Source of the DNA: Bacteroidales bacterium | Lineage (GTDB): Bacteria > Bacteroidota > Bacteroidia > Bacteroidales > VadinHA17 | Assembly (NCBI GenBank): GCA_035414025.1 | Contig: DAONXX010000001.1 | Span: 31,392 to 95,391, forward strand | DNA length: 64,000 nucleotides | Direction: 5' to 3' | Shown here: piece after piece, positions 1 to 9,782 of the stretch | How the letters are laid out: the number at the start of each line of letters is the position of its first letter | Numbering within the stretch: position 1 is the stretch's first letter | Program-made: the position numbers and the translations under genes | The notes under the pieces: model-generated | Database searches by the model: none | Seen by the model: the letters and a program-made list of their open reading frames with translations, nothing else | Told to the model about the DNA's origin: nothing

Positions 1-483
1 ACAATAATTGAAGTTAAGGCGGCAGATGTTAATATCGGGAGCATTTGCGGGGGAGGACGATATGATAATCTGACAGGAGTATTTGGTTTGGCGGGGATAT
101 CCGGAGTGGGGATATCTTTCGGCGCTGACAGGATCTATGATGTGATGACCCATCTGGATCTTTTTGATAGCAGGGAAACATCTCTTTCAAAGGTTCTTGT
201 ACTGAACTTCGGCAATTCTGCATTTGAATATGCATTTAAGATACTCTCCTTACTGCGAAGCCTTGATATAAGGTCTGAGTTTTATCCTGATCCTGTAAAG
301 ATAAAGAAACAGATTACGTACGCCAATGGAAGGAAGATCCCTTATATTTTGATGGCAGGCGATGATGAGATAAAAGCTGATATTGTTACTGTCAGGAATA
401 TGACTTCCGGGCAACAGCAAAAAGTGCCGTTCGGGAATCTTAAAGAATACCTGATCCTGGAAATAAGTAAAGACAGCTTATGA
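1..483 (+). CDS. hisS: histidine--tRNA ligase, C-terminal portion (5' end lies outside the window)
   Basis: Frame 1 is open from nt 1 and reads ...GSICGGGRYDNLTGVFG, which contains the class II aaRS motif 3 GGGRYD. An anticodon-binding-type domain follows. The track ORF 88..483 starts at an internal Met. Confidence 0.85.
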   Translation, partial: TIIEVKAADVNIGSICGGGRYDNLTGVFGLAGISGVGISFGADRIYDVMTHLDLFDSRETSLSKVLVLNFGNSAFEYAFKILSLLRSLDIRSEFYPDPVKIKKQITYANGRKIPYILMAGDDEIKADIVTVRNMTSGQQQKVPFGNLKEYLILEISKDSL

Positions 484-546
484 TATCCTGAAATTAATCT
501 CTCTTACATTAATTTTTTAACTTTACAGCCTGTATCTATAAATGAA

Positions 547-1641
547 ATGGCTCTACAGTGCGGAATTATCGGAATAACCAATGTAGGTAAGACTACAATA
601 TTTAATTGTCTGTCGAATACAAGAGGCGAGACGCATGCTTTTGCTTTCAGTGGCTCAAAATCAAACCTGGGGGTCATACAGGTCCCCGATCAGAGGCTAT
701 ATAATCTTGAAAAACATCAGGTTACTGAGAAAATAGTACATACAACTGTCGAGATAGTCGATATTCCAGGGCTTACAAAGGGATCAAATAAGGTGGAGGG
801 AGCTAATAAATTCCTTGGCGATATAAGGAACACTGATGCCCTGATCCATGTTCTCAGATGCTTTGATGATGAGAACCTGCCGCATGTTGACGGATCAGTT
901 GATCCGGTAAGGGACATGGAAACGATTGACCTTGAATTGCAAGTTAAGGATCTTGAATCAGTTGAGAAAAAGATAGAGAGGTTGAAAAAGGTATCAAAAT
1001 CAGGTGACAAGGAAGCCCTGCAAGGCCTTGAAGTACTTGAACGTTACAAGGATCACATTGGAAATTTCTCAAATGCCCGCAACCTCCAGGTAAAGGAAGA
1101 GGAGAAGAAATTTGTTGATGATCTCTCCCTTCTTACAATGAAACCTGTTCTGTTCATCTGCAATGTAGATGAAGGATCTGCAATAAGTGGCAATCACTAC
1201 GTAGAAAGGGTGAAAGACTTTCTGAAGGACAAAGATGCTGAAATGCTGATAATTGCCGGAAAGACAGAAGCTGAGATAGCAGAACTTGAGAGCGTCGATG
1301 ACCGTAAAGCCTTCCTGGCAGATGCAGGTCTTGATGAACCCGGGGTAAATAAGCTGATAAGGGCTGCATATAAGTTGCTCGATCTTCAGACTTTCTTTAC
1401 AGTCGGCCCTAAGGAAATAAGGGCATGGACAATAAAAAAAGGTATGACTGCACCTCAGGCAGCCGGGGTTATACACAGTGATCTTGAAAGAGGTTTTATA
1501 AGGGCTGAGGTGATGAAATACGATGATTTCATAAATCTTGGTTCTGAACAGAAATGCAAGGAAGCCGGAAAATTTTATATTGAAGGCAGGAATTACATTG
1601 TGTCCGACGGAGATATCCTGCATATACGATTTAATGTTTAA
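547..1641 (+). CDS. ychF: redox-regulated ATPase YchF
   Basis: 364 aa. P-loop GITNVGKTTIFN is present, and the TGS-type C-terminus ends GDILHIRFNV, typical of YchF/OLA1. Confidence 0.95.
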   Translation: MALQCGIIGITNVGKTTIFNCLSNTRGETHAFAFSGSKSNLGVIQVPDQRLYNLEKHQVTEKIVHTTVEIVDIPGLTKGSNKVEGANKFLGDIRNTDALIHVLRCFDDENLPHVDGSVDPVRDMETIDLELQVKDLESVEKKIERLKKVSKSGDKEALQGLEVLERYKDHIGNFSNARNLQVKEEEKKFVDDLSLLTMKPVLFICNVDEGSAISGNHYVERVKDFLKDKDAEMLIIAGKTEAEIAELESVDDRKAFLADAGLDEPGVNKLIRAAYKLLDLQTFFTVGPKEIRAWTIKKGMTAPQAAGVIHSDLERGFIRAEVMKYDDFINLGSEQKCKEAGKFYIEGRNYIVSDGDILHIRFNV

Positions 1642-1645
1642 TGGT

Positions 1646-3349
1646 ATGATCTGGAAGAGCCTGGTTGCCGGGATATTCGTATCAGCATTTTTCTCAGTAA
1701 AGTGCTTAGCGCAGACCGGATCGGATGATGCTCTTCTGAGGGAATTGGTTGAGAAGAAAGGGCAGGCCATCGTTACTGTCAGTCTTCAGGATAAAGGCGC
1801 TATAAATAAACTGTCTGAATTTGTTTCAATTAGTTCGGTAAAAGCAGGTGTTATTGAAATTATTTTGTCACCTCTGACAATCGACTGGTTCATTGATCAG
1901 GGCTTCGGGTATTCAATTTCAGACCGGTCTGAACCAAAAGGTATAATAACTGCTTCAGATGTGAGTGAAGCTATGCAGTGGGAAACATACCCGTCCTATA
2001 CTCAATACCTTTCAATAATGGAAAGCTTTGAATCTCTTTATCCTGAAATCTGCGATCTTGATACAATCGGTACATCAAATAACGGCAAGTATGTTCTTGT
2101 ACTTAAAATATCGGATAATGCCAGGACTGATGAGGACGAACCGAAGGTTTTTTTTTCATCGACTATGCACGGGAATGAGACTGGAGGATTTGTAATGATG
2201 CTTCGACTGGCAGACTATCTGTTAAGTAATTATGGTATAGATGCCAGGGTCACAAGATTGCTGGATGAACTCGAAATATGGATCAATCCGCTTGCCAATC
2301 CTGATGGTACATATCTTGATGGCAATGAGATTACTGCCCCGGTAAGGGCAAATGCGATGGGATATGATCTCAACAGGAATTTTCCTGATCCGGGACTATC
2401 TAATGTTGTCAGGCAGAAGGAAACTCTTGACATGATAAAATTCATGCGGAAGCATCATTTTGTCATTTCCGCGAATTTCCATTCAGGAGCAGAGGTTGTA
2501 AATTATCCCTGGGACAGATGGAGCCGTAGGCATGCTGATGATGACTGGTTTTACAGTATAAGCAGGAAGTACGCCGATACTGTTCATCAGTATTCTGATC
2601 CGGGCTATATGGTTTTCCTTCAGGATGGCGTCACAAACGGCTGGGACTGGTATTCAGTAAGCGGTAGTCGTCAGGATTTTGTTAACTGGGAATTACAGGG
2701 AAGGGAAATAACAGTCGAACTTGATAATGATTTTGTAACACCTGCCGCAAATCTTAGCTTGTTATGGGAATATAACCGGCGGTCTTTTCTGGGATTTCTG
2801 GAGAATGCCTTATATGGCATCCACGGTCATGTAACTGATATTAATACAGGGCTTCCGGTTGAGGCAAAGATAGTGATACCGGGCCACGACAAGGATAGTT
2901 CGTTTGTCTTTTCCGATGCACAGACCGGCAGTTTTACGAGGCTTATTGCAGCCGGGTCGTGGGATCTGCTTTTCAAAGCCAAAGGCTACACCGACCTTGC
3001 TGTAGAGAATGTAGTTGTTACTGATAACGTCAGAACAGAATTAAATATCCAGATGACACCTTACGTTAATCCTGTTGATACAAGCGATGCATTTGTGATG
3101 ATCCTTTATCCGAATCCTGCAAATGAATTGCTCAGAGCTGTTTTGCCGGAAGAATTATACGGAAGAGTTAATGTAAGAATCTTCAACGCTTTAGGGATCA
3201 GGCTCAAGGATTATTATGATGAGGCTGTTGAAGATATACCACTTGAAATAAATGTCAGGGATCTCCCCGATGGTTTGTATACACTGATTATCAGTAGTAC
3301 AGAATCAGAGGCAATAAGCAGGAAACGGTTTGTAGTGGTTGGTCATTGA
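1646..3349 (+). CDS. M14 family zinc carboxypeptidase with T9SS C-terminal sorting domain
   Basis: Zinc motif STMHGNETGG. Signal peptide MIWKSLVAGIFVSAFFSVKCLAQ starts at the ATG at 1646; the track start at 1538 overlaps ychF. The C-terminus (ILYPNPANE...DGLYTLII) resembles a type A T9SS CTD. Confidence 0.85.
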   Translation: MIWKSLVAGIFVSAFFSVKCLAQTGSDDALLRELVEKKGQAIVTVSLQDKGAINKLSEFVSISSVKAGVIEIILSPLTIDWFIDQGFGYSISDRSEPKGIITASDVSEAMQWETYPSYTQYLSIMESFESLYPEICDLDTIGTSNNGKYVLVLKISDNARTDEDEPKVFFSSTMHGNETGGFVMMLRLADYLLSNYGIDARVTRLLDELEIWINPLANPDGTYLDGNEITAPVRANAMGYDLNRNFPDPGLSNVVRQKETLDMIKFMRKHHFVISANFHSGAEVVNYPWDRWSRRHADDDWFYSISRKYADTVHQYSDPGYMVFLQDGVTNGWDWYSVSGSRQDFVNWELQGREITVELDNDFVTPAANLSLLWEYNRRSFLGFLENALYGIHGHVTDINTGLPVEAKIVIPGHDKDSSFVFSDAQTGSFTRLIAAGSWDLLFKAKGYTDLAVENVVVTDNVRTELNIQMTPYVNPVDTSDAFVMILYPNPANELLRAVLPEELYGRVNVRIFNALGIRLKDYYDEAVEDIPLEINVRDLPDGLYTLIISSTESEAISRKRFVVVGH

Positions 3350-3401
3350 ATAATTTCTTCCATTTGTTAATTATCTGTCTTGCTTCTCTGTCTAAAAAGT
3401 C

Positions 3402-3409
3402 TACTTTTG
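3402..3409 (+). promoter_or_regulatory. candidate Bacteroidota -7 promoter element (TACTTTTG, fits TAnnTTTG)
   Basis: Exact match to the TAnnTTTG consensus, 48 nt upstream of the ATG at 3457. An 8-mer like this is also expected by chance in AT-rich DNA. Confidence 0.35.
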
Positions 3410-3456
3410 AAATTTATGATTTTTTGCATGTTTATATTTAGTAATAATCAGGATTT

Positions 3457-5124
3457 ATGAAAGGAGCCAGGATATTGAGATTTTTCGCGACAGTTATTCT
3501 TGTAGTGTCGAATATAATTGATATGACCGGACAGGGCGCCTATCTGCCACCTGACAAACCAAAGCTTGTTATAGGGATAATTGTAGAACAGCTGAGATAC
3601 GATCAGCTTGAAAAAATGCGCAATCGTTTTGCTGAAAATGGTATAAGGAAATTGCTTAATGAAGGAACATATTTTCAGAATGCTTCATTTCAATATATGC
3701 TTACTCAGGCAGCTCCCGCTCATGCAACAATAGCCACCGGTGCAGAACCTTCAGTGCATGGGATAACATCGGATTACTGGTATGTTCCACTGAGAGAAGA
3801 GCTTGTTTATAGTACAAGCGATAATACCGTGAGTCCTGTAGGAGGCAGCTATGAAAAGGGGCTCCATTCCCCTGTCAACTTGCAGTCATCAACATTTGCC
3901 GATGAACTTAAGATGTCGACTAACAGGAAGGCAAAAGTTTTTTCGGTAGGCTTGAAGGAGAATCCGGTAATATTCTCGGGCGGTCATGCATCTGATGGAG
4001 CGTTCTGGTATGATGATGTGACAGGAACCTGGATGTCAAGCACCTATTATATCGATTCATTACCGGGATGGGTGTCCGATTTCAATGCAATGAAATATCC
4101 TGAGGTTTTCCTGACAAATCCCTGGACTTTATTGAAGCCAAGGGAAATCTATGCTGATTGTTTGCCCGACACAAACATTTATGAGATGGGTTTCAACGGT
4201 AAAAATTATTTTCCTTATGACCTGGATAAAATAAGTTCCAGGAGTAGATCCAAATTGGGTCGTGATTATTCCCTTCTCAGGGAGATTCCTATGGGAAACA
4301 CCTTTACAACTGATTTCGCCATTAAGCTTATCGAAAAGGAGGGCCTCGGGAAGGATGATATAACCGACTTTCTTTCAATATGTTATACGGCAACAGATTA
4401 TATCGGGCATAGGTTTGGACCCTCATCGCTTGAAATGGCTGATGCCATCCTCAGGCTTGACAGCGATATAGAGAAGTTTCTGAAATATGTCAATGATAGC
4501 ATTGGGAAAAGGAATGTACTTTTGTTTTTTACTTCTGCGCATGGTATTTCTGAGATACCAGGTGTTCTGGAAAGCAACAGGATACCTTCCGGTTATTTCA
4601 GACAAAATCAGGCTTTACAACTGCTGAGAAGCTACCTTAACGCAGTTTATGGGGAAGGTTCATGGGTAAAGGGTTATTCCGACAAGCAAATATTCCTTAA
4701 CAGAACTCTTATTGAGGATGCCAAGTTGTCTCTTGATGATGTGCAGAAAAAAGTTTCAAGGTTCCTTGTTCAATTTACAGGTGTTGCTACGGCCTATCCC
4801 TATTCGGCGTTTGAGATGAATGATTACAGCAGTGGTAACCTTAAAAAGATTGTAAATAATTTCAACCCCCAGAGATCGGGAGATGTGATTGTAACACTTA
4901 ATTCAGGATGGGTTGAGAGAGATGATAATTATGTTACAAATCATAATTCACACTATGAATATGATTCTCATGTGCCTCTTATATGGTATGGTTGGGCAGT
5001 GAACAGGGCAAGTATCACCCGAAAAGTCAACATGACTGATATTGCAGCCACATTATCATCATTATGTAAAGTACCTGTTCCAAATGGTTGTACGGGCGAG
5101 CCAATGTTCGAATTGTTCCGTTAG
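3457..5124 (+). CDS. alkaline phosphatase / nucleotide pyrophosphatase superfamily protein (PafA-like)
   Basis: 555 aa with a signal peptide. The ATGAEPSVHGI region and the C-terminal HSHYEYDSHVPLIWYG metal-site-like motif are typical of type I phosphodiesterase/AP-family enzymes of Bacteroidota. Confidence 0.75.
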   Translation: MKGARILRFFATVILVVSNIIDMTGQGAYLPPDKPKLVIGIIVEQLRYDQLEKMRNRFAENGIRKLLNEGTYFQNASFQYMLTQAAPAHATIATGAEPSVHGITSDYWYVPLREELVYSTSDNTVSPVGGSYEKGLHSPVNLQSSTFADELKMSTNRKAKVFSVGLKENPVIFSGGHASDGAFWYDDVTGTWMSSTYYIDSLPGWVSDFNAMKYPEVFLTNPWTLLKPREIYADCLPDTNIYEMGFNGKNYFPYDLDKISSRSRSKLGRDYSLLREIPMGNTFTTDFAIKLIEKEGLGKDDITDFLSICYTATDYIGHRFGPSSLEMADAILRLDSDIEKFLKYVNDSIGKRNVLLFFTSAHGISEIPGVLESNRIPSGYFRQNQALQLLRSYLNAVYGEGSWVKGYSDKQIFLNRTLIEDAKLSLDDVQKKVSRFLVQFTGVATAYPYSAFEMNDYSSGNLKKIVNNFNPQRSGDVIVTLNSGWVERDDNYVTNHNSHYEYDSHVPLIWYGWAVNRASITRKVNMTDIAATLSSLCKVPVPNGCTGEPMFELFR

Positions 5125-5132
5125 GGTTTGGC

Positions 5133-5849
5133 TTACCCTTTCATTTTATCTCTCAGTCTGCATGCTTCGGTCAGTAAGCCCGGGTCTTTTTCACAGCCGT
5201 TGCCCAGGATTATAAGATCAGCTCCGGCATTATAAATATCATTTATTTCCTTTGAAGACCTTATTCCTCCTCCTACAGCCAGCGGAACGGAGATTTCCTT
5301 TCTCACAGCTTTAATTATTTCAGCCGGCACCGGATTCTGTGCACCACTGCCTGCTTCAAGATAGATCATTTTGAGTCCAAGCATCTCACCGGCAATTGCT
5401 GTTGCGACGACAATATCTGTTTTATCGGCAGGTATTGCCTCAGTCTGGCTTATATATTCAACAGATGTCTTTGATCCGCAAGCTATAAGGATATAACCCA
5501 CCGGAATAAGCTTATCTTTTACATGTTTCAGGTAAGGTGCAGCAATAACATGATTACCAATAAGCAGTTCAGGATTTCTTCCGGAGATAAGTGAAAGAAG
5601 AAGTATAAAGTCAGCTTTGCAGCTTAATTGCAACAGGCTTCCGGGAAACAGGATCAGGGGAATGGAACAGAAACTCTTTATAAGGTCAATAACAGGTTCA
5701 ACACTCCTGAATGTAAGGCTTCCTCCCACCATAATGAAATCGCTGCCGGCACAGACAGCAGTTTTCAGTATTTCCGGCAGTGTTTTTTCATTGACTTTAT
5801 CGGGATCGATAAGCAGGGCAACTGATTTTTTATTTATAAATGTTTCCAT
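5133..5849 (-). CDS. geranylgeranylglyceryl / heptaprenylglyceryl phosphate synthase family protein (GGGPS/PcrB)
   Basis: Motifs present: MVGGS, FPG, ISGRNPELLIGNH, YLEAGSGA and VGGGIRS, indicating a TIM-barrel prenyltransferase family. I prefer the ATG at 5849 (METFINKK...) over the track start at 5921. Confidence 0.8.
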   Translation of the reverse strand: METFINKKSVALLIDPDKVNEKTLPEILKTAVCAGSDFIMVGGSLTFRSVEPVIDLIKSFCSIPLILFPGSLLQLSCKADFILLLSLISGRNPELLIGNHVIAAPYLKHVKDKLIPVGYILIACGSKTSVEYISQTEAIPADKTDIVVATAIAGEMLGLKMIYLEAGSGAQNPVPAEIIKAVRKEISVPLAVGGGIRSSKEINDIYNAGADLIILGNGCEKDPGLLTEACRLRDKMKG

Positions 5850-6489
5850 TTTCACAGTCCTTTTTCGTCCATACAATTGCATAATTATCGTATCTCGTGT
5901 AATGGAGGTCAAAAGATTCATTAATTTTCTTTGTATGTACCTTACCCCTGCACTCTCCTGATTCCTTTACCTCAAAAGGCTCAATCGTGATATTATTTCT
6001 GAAGCTTATTCCTTCTTTGTCGCATATCTTGTAAAGGGATTCTTTTGCACACCAATGAAGATACATATGATATCTTCTTTTTTCAGGATCCTTTGTTATC
6101 TTTTCTTTACTGTTTAGGAATTTAAATGCTATGGCTCCGATATTTGAACTCATGTGCTCAAGGTCGATACCTACCTTTTCCGTTGTACTGCACAGGATAG
6201 CAGTAAGTTTATGTGAGTGTGATATACTAATAAATCTTGAACCGTCACTGAGGAAAGGCTTATTATTTTTGTTGTATACTATTTTGGCCTCCTTTCCCAG
6301 CAGTTCTGCCAACAAGGCTCTGACACTCAGGAATTCCAGTTTTCTTGATGTGCTGGCAAATATTCTGTATTTCTTCTTTTCCTCTGCATCAAGTTCGACC
6401 ATGCCAAGAAGAGTATCGATATCTTCCTCGATTTTCCAAACCCCCAGAATTGTTGATTCGTTAAGATAATGTTTTGTAATGCATCCCAT
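5830..6489 (-). CDS. 4'-phosphopantetheinyl transferase superfamily protein (Sfp-type)
   Basis: 219 aa. GIDLE and WCAKESLYK motifs are present. The 3' end overlaps the downstream GGGPS-family gene by 20 nt. Confidence 0.8.
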   Translation of the reverse strand: MGCITKHYLNESTILGVWKIEEDIDTLLGMVELDAEEKKKYRIFASTSRKLEFLSVRALLAELLGKEAKIVYNKNNKPFLSDGSRFISISHSHKLTAILCSTTEKVGIDLEHMSSNIGAIAFKFLNSKEKITKDPEKRRYHMYLHWCAKESLYKICDKEGISFRNNITIEPFEVKESGECRGKVHTKKINESFDLHYTRYDNYAIVWTKKDCENGNIYK

Positions 6490-6505
6490 TATTCAACTTC
6501 GGTTA

Positions 6506-7102
6506 TTACTCCGACCATTCAAGTGTTTCAATTAGGTGAATTATATCCTGTCTGAAAAAATCAATTACAGGAGCCAGTGAATCAGGATTGGGCTCAGATG
6601 AAAAGTAAAGTGATCCCCTGAAGAAATGTTTTGTACTGTCTGTAACAAAAAATTGCACTGCTGTAGCGGTGCTTCCTTTAAGGTCATATAATATTCCATA
6701 TACATTGTGCTGAGGGTCTGCTATAAACTCCTCATTTATTGCATCGGCTTTGGTGATATGGTTTTTTACATTCAGTCTGTATGATTCTTCAACAAGGCTT
6801 GCAAGATCGTCGTTAACATTTTTATATGTAAGATATACTTTAGCTTTGTAGGCAGGGAAGTCAATATTGAACCATCCGGGTTCCGGATTACTTTCAGATT
6901 CAAACGAGATATTGCCATAGACGGGATACTGGAATGAAAGAGGTAGTATGCCCTTCTGATCAAATGTTCCCGGATCGAACTGTCTGTAAGCTTTTTCAGG
7001 AAAATCAATACGGAAATATCCTTTTGGTTTTGGGACAGTTGCTTCCCGGCATCCAGAAAGCAGTGCGGACAAAAGAAGCAGTATCAGAATGTTATTCTTC
7101 AT
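6506..7102 (-). CDS. gldD: gliding motility lipoprotein GldD
   Basis: Lipoprotein signal MKNNILILLLLSALLSGC, then PKPKGYFRIDFPEKAY, which resembles GldD. It lies directly downstream of gldE, as in the described gldE-gldD arrangement. The ATG at 7102 overlaps the gldE stop. Confidence 0.7.
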   Translation of the reverse strand: MKNNILILLLLSALLSGCREATVPKPKGYFRIDFPEKAYRQFDPGTFDQKGILPLSFQYPVYGNISFESESNPEPGWFNIDFPAYKAKVYLTYKNVNDDLASLVEESYRLNVKNHITKADAINEEFIADPQHNVYGILYDLKGSTATAVQFFVTDSTKHFFRGSLYFSSEPNPDSLAPVIDFFRQDIIHLIETLEWSE

Positions 7103-8435
7103 CAGCATCATTATCAACCTTATTGTTTTCAACACGGATTTCCTTTATTCTTCTTCGGTCGGCAGATTCTATTGTGAATGTAAAATTACCATATTTGATG
7201 ACCTGGTTTTTTTTGGGTATTTCACCTGTAAGCTCCAGGATTAATCCGGCGAGGGTTTCTGAATCACCTCTTACATAGCTGAAGATATCCTCATCAATAT
7301 CAAGTATTTTAAGGAAATCGTTGAGAAGTATCTTTCCTTCAAAGACAGTTGTTTTATCATCTATCTTTTTGTAGAGTATTTCATCCTCATCACTTTCGTC
7401 AGTAATTTCTCCAACGATTTCCTCGAGGATGTCTTCGAGAGTTATAATACCAGAAGTACCACCGTACTCGTCTATTACAACAGCCATATGTATCTTTTTC
7501 TGCTGAAATTCCTTCAGCAGGTCATTTATCTTTTTTGTTTCAGGAATGAAATACGGCTTTCTCAGCAGGGACTGCCATTTAAAGCTGTCGGTATTGTTCA
7601 TATACGGAAGGACATCCTTGGCATACAGTATTCCCTTTACATTATCGAAAGATTCTGAGTACACAGGTATTCTTGAAAAACCCGACTCAATTATCACCGG
7701 GATTATCTGGCTGAATTGCAGGTTGATATCAACTGCGGTGACATCAATTCTCGGGCACATTATTGCATTTGCGCTTATATTGCCGAAGTTAACTATGCCT
7801 TTGAGAATCCTTTCATCTTCATCGAGTTCGTCGGATGTTAGTTCGAGTGCATCTGAGAGATCATCGATACTTAAATCGGAAGCTCTGCGTGAGTATCTTT
7901 TTTTGACAAATGAAGTAGACTTGATTAGTAAAGAGGTTACAGGGTTCAGAATTTTTAACATTCCGGCAAGGGGATATGCCATAAAGAGGGCTGTTTGCAA
8001 ACCGTTCCTCGATGCAAAAACCTTTGGCAATATCTCTCCGAAGAAAAGCAGGAGGAAAGTAATGACTATTGCTTCAACTATGAATCCGATAACAGGTTCC
8101 GAACTAAAATCAAATAATTTTGAACTGATGAAAGCAGCCAGAAGGACAATTGTAACATTGATCGTGTTATTTGCAACAAGTATCGTACTTAGTAATTTTT
8201 CTGGCATGCCATAGAGCCTCAGGACTGTCTGAGGCCTGTTTTGCTTATCATTCCGAAGCTTCTCAATATCTTCCGGCCTGAGGGAGAAATATGCTACTTC
8301 TGAAGCAGATGCGAGCCCTGATGCAAATAAAAGGATAGCCAGTATTAAAAATCCGATAATTATTTTTAAATCAACCGGATTAACGATCACAACTGACAAA
8401 AGTCCAAAACAACTAAGCGAATATGCCGGTTCCAA
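7092..8435 (-). CDS. gldE: gliding motility-associated protein GldE (CNNM/DUF21 + CBS pair + CorC_HlyC)
   Basis: 447 aa. N-terminal membrane domain, a CBS pair, and a C-terminal CorC/HlyC-like domain. Synteny with gldD and ssb. Confidence 0.8.
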   Translation of the reverse strand: MEPAYSLSCFGLLSVVIVNPVDLKIIIGFLILAILLFASGLASASEVAYFSLRPEDIEKLRNDKQNRPQTVLRLYGMPEKLLSTILVANNTINVTIVLLAAFISSKLFDFSSEPVIGFIVEAIVITFLLLFFGEILPKVFASRNGLQTALFMAYPLAGMLKILNPVTSLLIKSTSFVKKRYSRRASDLSIDDLSDALELTSDELDEDERILKGIVNFGNISANAIMCPRIDVTAVDINLQFSQIIPVIIESGFSRIPVYSESFDNVKGILYAKDVLPYMNNTDSFKWQSLLRKPYFIPETKKINDLLKEFQQKKIHMAVVIDEYGGTSGIITLEDILEEIVGEITDESDEDEILYKKIDDKTTVFEGKILLNDFLKILDIDEDIFSYVRGDSETLAGLILELTGEIPKKNQVIKYGNFTFTIESADRRRIKEIRVENNKVDNDADEE

Positions 8436-8459
8436 AAGAACTTAATTTAGTTAATAAAT

Positions 8460-9023
8460 TTAGAATGGCAGATCATCTTCATCCTGACCTAATTGGGGTT
8501 CATCACTGAATGTGCCGCCTGGTCCGGATTCACTGCCATCCATTATGTTAATATTATTCCATTCTCCGTAACTGGTATTTTTTACTGCCTTGTTTTGAAT
8601 ATCATCGGGTTCATTAATCCCGTTAACCGGTCCGGTTCTTGCCAGGGATTCTTTACCGGCAACATCAGTTTGAGAAGAATAAGAGCCAGGGGACTGTTTT
8701 TTATCAAGTACCATTAATGTATCAGCGAGTATCTCGGTAATGTATTTGTTGTTTCCCTCCTTGTCGACATAGGATCTGGTTTTTATCTTACCGACAAGAT
8801 AGACTTGTGTCCCTTTTTTGATTGTTTTTTCTGCAACTTCAGCAAGCGCACGCCACAAAACAATATTATGCCATTCAGTTGATGTTATTGTTTCGCCCTG
8901 CTGATTTGTATATGTTTCGCTTGTTGCCAGTGGGAATGTCGTTTTAACTACGCCTTTGTCGAAATACCTTACGACTGGATCTTTGCCAGCATTGCCAACA
9001 AGTATGACTTTATTGATTGACAT
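8460..9023 (-). CDS. ssb: single-stranded DNA-binding protein
   Basis: OB fold beginning MSINKVILVGNAGKDP, with WHNIVLW. A long disordered linker is followed by the acidic tip DEDDLPF. Confidence 0.95.
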   Translation of the reverse strand: MSINKVILVGNAGKDPVVRYFDKGVVKTTFPLATSETYTNQQGETITSTEWHNIVLWRALAEVAEKTIKKGTQVYLVGKIKTRSYVDKEGNNKYITEILADTLMVLDKKQSPGSYSSQTDVAGKESLARTGPVNGINEPDDIQNKAVKNTSYGEWNNINIMDGSESGPGGTFSDEPQLGQDEDDLPF

Positions 9024-9297
9024 ATAGTTATGAATATTAAGTTAATACACCTAACAGGACTATAAAGTTATAGAAAAAAACCTCTTTCTGCAATTATGGA
9101 AGGATTTAAAGGTTATTATGCAATATAATCAATATATTATAATTTTTATTACCAGCAGCTCCAAAACCAGAAACTTTGAAAAGACAACTTTGAAAGGATG
9201 AATGAAATATTCCTTTCTCTTTTGTAATTAAGTCAATAATAAAATATTATAAAAAAATTTATTCCTTAAGTGTTTCTTTTTAAACAAATAATATTTC

Positions 9298-9305
9298 TAT
9301 ATTTG
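9298..9305 (+). promoter_or_regulatory. candidate -7 promoter element TATATTTG for hup
   Basis: Exact TAnnTTTG match 59 nt upstream of the hup ATG, in a 340-bp AT-rich divergent intergenic region. Confidence 0.4.
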
Positions 9306-9363
9306 CAGGGTTGAAAAAAAGATACTCAAAATAATTTGTTGAATTTATTAAACTTCAAGCAAA

Positions 9364-9651
9364 ATGACTAAAGCAGATGTTGTAAATGAAATTGCCAAAA
9401 GTACTGGTATTGAAAAGGTAACTGTTCAGAAAACAGTCGAAGCCTTTATGGACACTATAAAACAGTCGATGATCGCTGGTAATAATGTTTATCTCAGAGG
9501 TTTCGGAAGCTTTATTGTTAAGAAAAGAGCAAAGAAAACTGCAAGGAATATTTCCAAGAATACTACTATCATAATTCCTGCTCACAATATCCCGGCTTTT
9601 AAACCGGCCAAATCATTCATTAATAAAGTAAAAACTAACGTTAAGAACTAA
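9364..9651 (+). CDS. hup: HU family DNA-binding protein
   Basis: 95 aa. MTKADVVNEIAKSTG...LRGFGSF...ARNISKNTTIIIPAHNIPAFKP is a classic HU/IHF fold signature. Confidence 0.95.
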   Translation: MTKADVVNEIAKSTGIEKVTVQKTVEAFMDTIKQSMIAGNNVYLRGFGSFIVKKRAKKTARNISKNTTIIIPAHNIPAFKPAKSFINKVKTNVKN

Positions 9652-9657
9652 TCCTTT

Positions 9658-9750
9658 ATGCCAAGCGGGAAAAAGAGAAAAAGACATAAAATGGCTACCC
9701 ACAAGCGGAAAAAACGTTTGCGGAAGAACAGACATAAGAAGAAGAAGTAA
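9658..9750 (+). CDS. unannotated 30-aa hyper-basic micro-protein (possible tiny ribosomal protein, bS22-like by composition)
   Basis: The ATG lies 7 nt after the hup stop. Translation is MPSGKKRKRHKMATHKRKKRLRKNRHKKKK, ending in TAA at 9748..9750. 21 of 30 residues are K/R/H. A strong hairpin follows at 9783..9812. The ORF is below the size cut-off of the ORF track. Confidence 0.5.
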   Translation: MPSGKKRKRHKMATHKRKKRLRKNRHKKKK

Positions 9751-9782
9751 CAGATTATAGGGTAGTCTACAATTAACGAACT

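Noticed and set aside
492-525. An AT-only hairpin (AAATTAAT...ATTAATTT followed by T-run) after hisS, considered as a terminator.
   Set aside because: The stem has no G-C pairs and would be very unstable. ychF starts 20 nt later, so read-through co-transcription is equally likely.
1069-1770. A 233-aa ORF antisense to ychF. Similar long antisense ORFs lie at 7546..8214 (opposite gldE), 11770..12669 (opposite dsbD) and 44457..44942 (opposite the GT2 gene).
   Set aside because: - Each lies fully opposite a gene with strong family motifs.
- Their translations are low-complexity (Ser, Cys or Leu-rich, for example SSSSSSSDVSSS mirroring an acidic run).
- They have no motifs.
- They are typical shadow ORFs of AT-rich genomes.
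9172-9197. Tandem AACTTTGAAA(A/G)G repeats in the ssb/hup divergent intergenic region.
   Set aside because: - There are only two short copies in very AT-rich DNA.
- No dyad symmetry or partner motif is present.
- Chance occurrence is plausible.
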